DNA of 64,000 nucleotides from Thainema sp. (GTDB taxonomy: Bacteria > Cyanobacteriota > Cyanobacteriia > Phormidesmidales > Phormidesmidaceae), in the NCBI GenBank assembly GCA_052168235.1, contig JBQLZK010000031.1:14853-78852 (forward strand). The letters are read 5' to 3'. Below the pieces are notes generated by a model. It was not told the origin of the DNA and searched no databases. It saw only the letters and a list, made by a program, of their open reading frames with translations. Positions within the stretch are counted from its first letter, which is position 1; each line of letters opens with the position of its first letter. The translations under genes were made by a program, and so were the position numbers. Below are positions 62,315 through 64,000 of the stretch, piece after piece.

Positions 62315-63964
62315 ATGCTCTTCCCCGTTAAGCCCAAACAAACCCATGCCATGCAAACGCGGGACGGGATGCGTCTTGATGCCGATGTTTACGTACCCGA
62401 TGCTGCTGGAGAGTTTCCCGTTTTACTCATGCGGCAACCCTACGGACGTGCGATCGCATCTACGGTTGTCTACGCTCATCCCACTTGGTACGCGGCGCAT
62501 GGCTATATCGTGGTGATTCAAGACGTGCGGGGCCGGGGCACATCGGAGGGCGAGTTTCGCTTGTTTGCCCACGAGGTTGACGATGGCGAAGATACAGTCA
62601 ACTGGGCGGCATCACTCCCTGGCAGCAACGGCATGGTCGGCATGTATGGTTTTTCCTATCAGGGAATGACCCAGCTTTATGCAGCCATGCGGCAACCTGC
62701 GGCGTTAAAGGCTTTGGCTCCGGGCATGGTGGGCTATGACCTCTATCACGATTGGGCTTACGAGGGCGGCGCGTTTTGTCTTCAAGCCAGTCTGGGCTGG
62801 GCGATTCAACTGGCGGCGGAAACGGCGCGGTTGAAGGGAGATAGCGTCGCTTACGAGCAACTATTCAAGGCATCAAGTAACTTACCGCTCACTGATCCGG
62901 TAATTGCTCGACCGCAGGTGTTAAAAGACTATGCGCCGGATTCGTTCTATCACGACTGGCTGAATCATTCCGATCCCGATGACGACTACTGGCGCAAGCT
63001 CACCCCAGATTTGACGGGTGTGGATCTGCCAATGCTGCACATTGGCGGCTGGTTTGATGCCTATTTGCGCGGCACGATTCATTTATATAAAGACATGGCG
63101 GCAACTTGTCAGTCGCGTCAGCAGCTTTGGGTTGGCCCTTGGAACCACATTCCCTGGGGGCGCAAAGTCGGTGCGGTTGACTTTGGTACTGAAGCCAACA
63201 ACACGGTTGATACGCTGCAAATCCGCTGGTTCGACCATTTCCTCAAAGGTATCGATACAGGTCTACTCGACGAGCCGCCCGTGTCACTGTTTGAAATGGG
63301 AACGAATCAATGGCACTCGTTTGAGGCATGGCCGAGCGGTACAGCTCAAACTTGGTACTTAACGAGCGACGGCTTGGCGAGTATGTGCGATCGCAGTGGC
63401 AAACTCCAGCCAAACCCCAGTGATATCAGCCAACCGGATGTTTTCGTTCACGATCCCTGGCGACCTGTGCCAGCGGTAGGTGGACACTCCTCCTTCCCGG
63501 CGGGTATGTTTGATCGCTCCAGCGTGGACTGCCGCAGTGATGTGCTGACCTACACGACAGATTGGCTTGAAGAACCAGTTGCGATCGCAGGTGACCTCAC
63601 CGTTGAACTGTACTGCACTGCCGATGTTCCCAGCTTCGATCTCTGTGCTGTGCTGTCAGAGGTCTATCCTGATGGCCGAGTGTATAACCTGTCTCAGGGA
63701 TATCTGCACATTCCGGTCGCACAATCTCAGCTACAGCCGGAACTGCGCCATATTCAGCTCCATCCTATCTGCGCTCGAATCCCAGCAGGTCATGCCCTGC
63801 GCCTGAGCGTTAGTGCATCCTGTTTCCCAACGCATCCGGTCAACCCCGGTACAGGCGAAAATCCCACTCAGGCCCGACAGATGGATGCCCGAATTGTCGC
63901 GATTACACTTAAAAGCAGTGCTAGAGTTGCTTCTAAATTAGTACTAGGGCACTTCGAAAAATAG
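62315..63964 (+). CDS. CocE/NonD family serine hydrolase
   Basis: MRQPYG, QDVRGRGTSEG, GFSYQG nucleophile, GGWFD, GPWNH. Confidence 0.93.
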   Translation: MLFPVKPKQTHAMQTRDGMRLDADVYVPDAAGEFPVLLMRQPYGRAIASTVVYAHPTWYAAHGYIVVIQDVRGRGTSEGEFRLFAHEVDDGEDTVNWAASLPGSNGMVGMYGFSYQGMTQLYAAMRQPAALKALAPGMVGYDLYHDWAYEGGAFCLQASLGWAIQLAAETARLKGDSVAYEQLFKASSNLPLTDPVIARPQVLKDYAPDSFYHDWLNHSDPDDDYWRKLTPDLTGVDLPMLHIGGWFDAYLRGTIHLYKDMAATCQSRQQLWVGPWNHIPWGRKVGAVDFGTEANNTVDTLQIRWFDHFLKGIDTGLLDEPPVSLFEMGTNQWHSFEAWPSGTAQTWYLTSDGLASMCDRSGKLQPNPSDISQPDVFVHDPWRPVPAVGGHSSFPAGMFDRSSVDCRSDVLTYTTDWLEEPVAIAGDLTVELYCTADVPSFDLCAVLSEVYPDGRVYNLSQGYLHIPVAQSQLQPELRHIQLHPICARIPAGHALRLSVSASCFPTHPVNPGTGENPTQARQMDARIVAITLKSSARVASKLVLGHFEK

Positions 63965-64000
63965 CCAGAGCGATCTCAATATGAGATCATAAGGTGGGAT

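Overview
This 64-kb window looks like cyanobacterial chromosome: the HIP1 octamer GCGATCGC is very frequent, there are two Uma2 genes, a cyanobacteriochrome (CBCR) GAF domain, NtcA boxes and crtO. It most resembles a filamentous Leptolyngbya-like organism, which is an inference. Housekeeping genes include ackA, hemE, gshB, pyk, trhO, crtO, pstS divergent from pstCAB, and tRNA-Ser(TGA). Signalling modules are an orphan PhnD-like lipoprotein with a HAMP histidine kinase and OmpR regulator, a CHASE kinase, and an MHYT + insert-Cys-type CBCR hybrid kinase operon with REC-GGDEF-EAL and REC-kinase genes. Nitrogen-scavenging genes include NCS2 and CodB-like permeases, an NtcA-boxed NMT1/THI5-like ABC transporter, and an amidohydrolase/RidA/cysteine hydrolase/cupin/CocE cluster. 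There is also an uncharacterised flavin reductase-like + M20 peptidase + DUF1611-like operon. A patchwork region around the tRNA (about 20.1-25.2 kb) holds an HTH gene with an operator-containing promoter, an unlisted 59-aa membrane protein, pseudogenes apparently broken at HIP1 sites, an 82-bp tandem duplication and a 24-bp in-frame insertion in a HIP1 site. Intergenic DNA contains several MITE/REP-like palindromic families. No CRISPR array, integrase or transposase was seen. All family assignments come from motif recognition by eye, not database searches.
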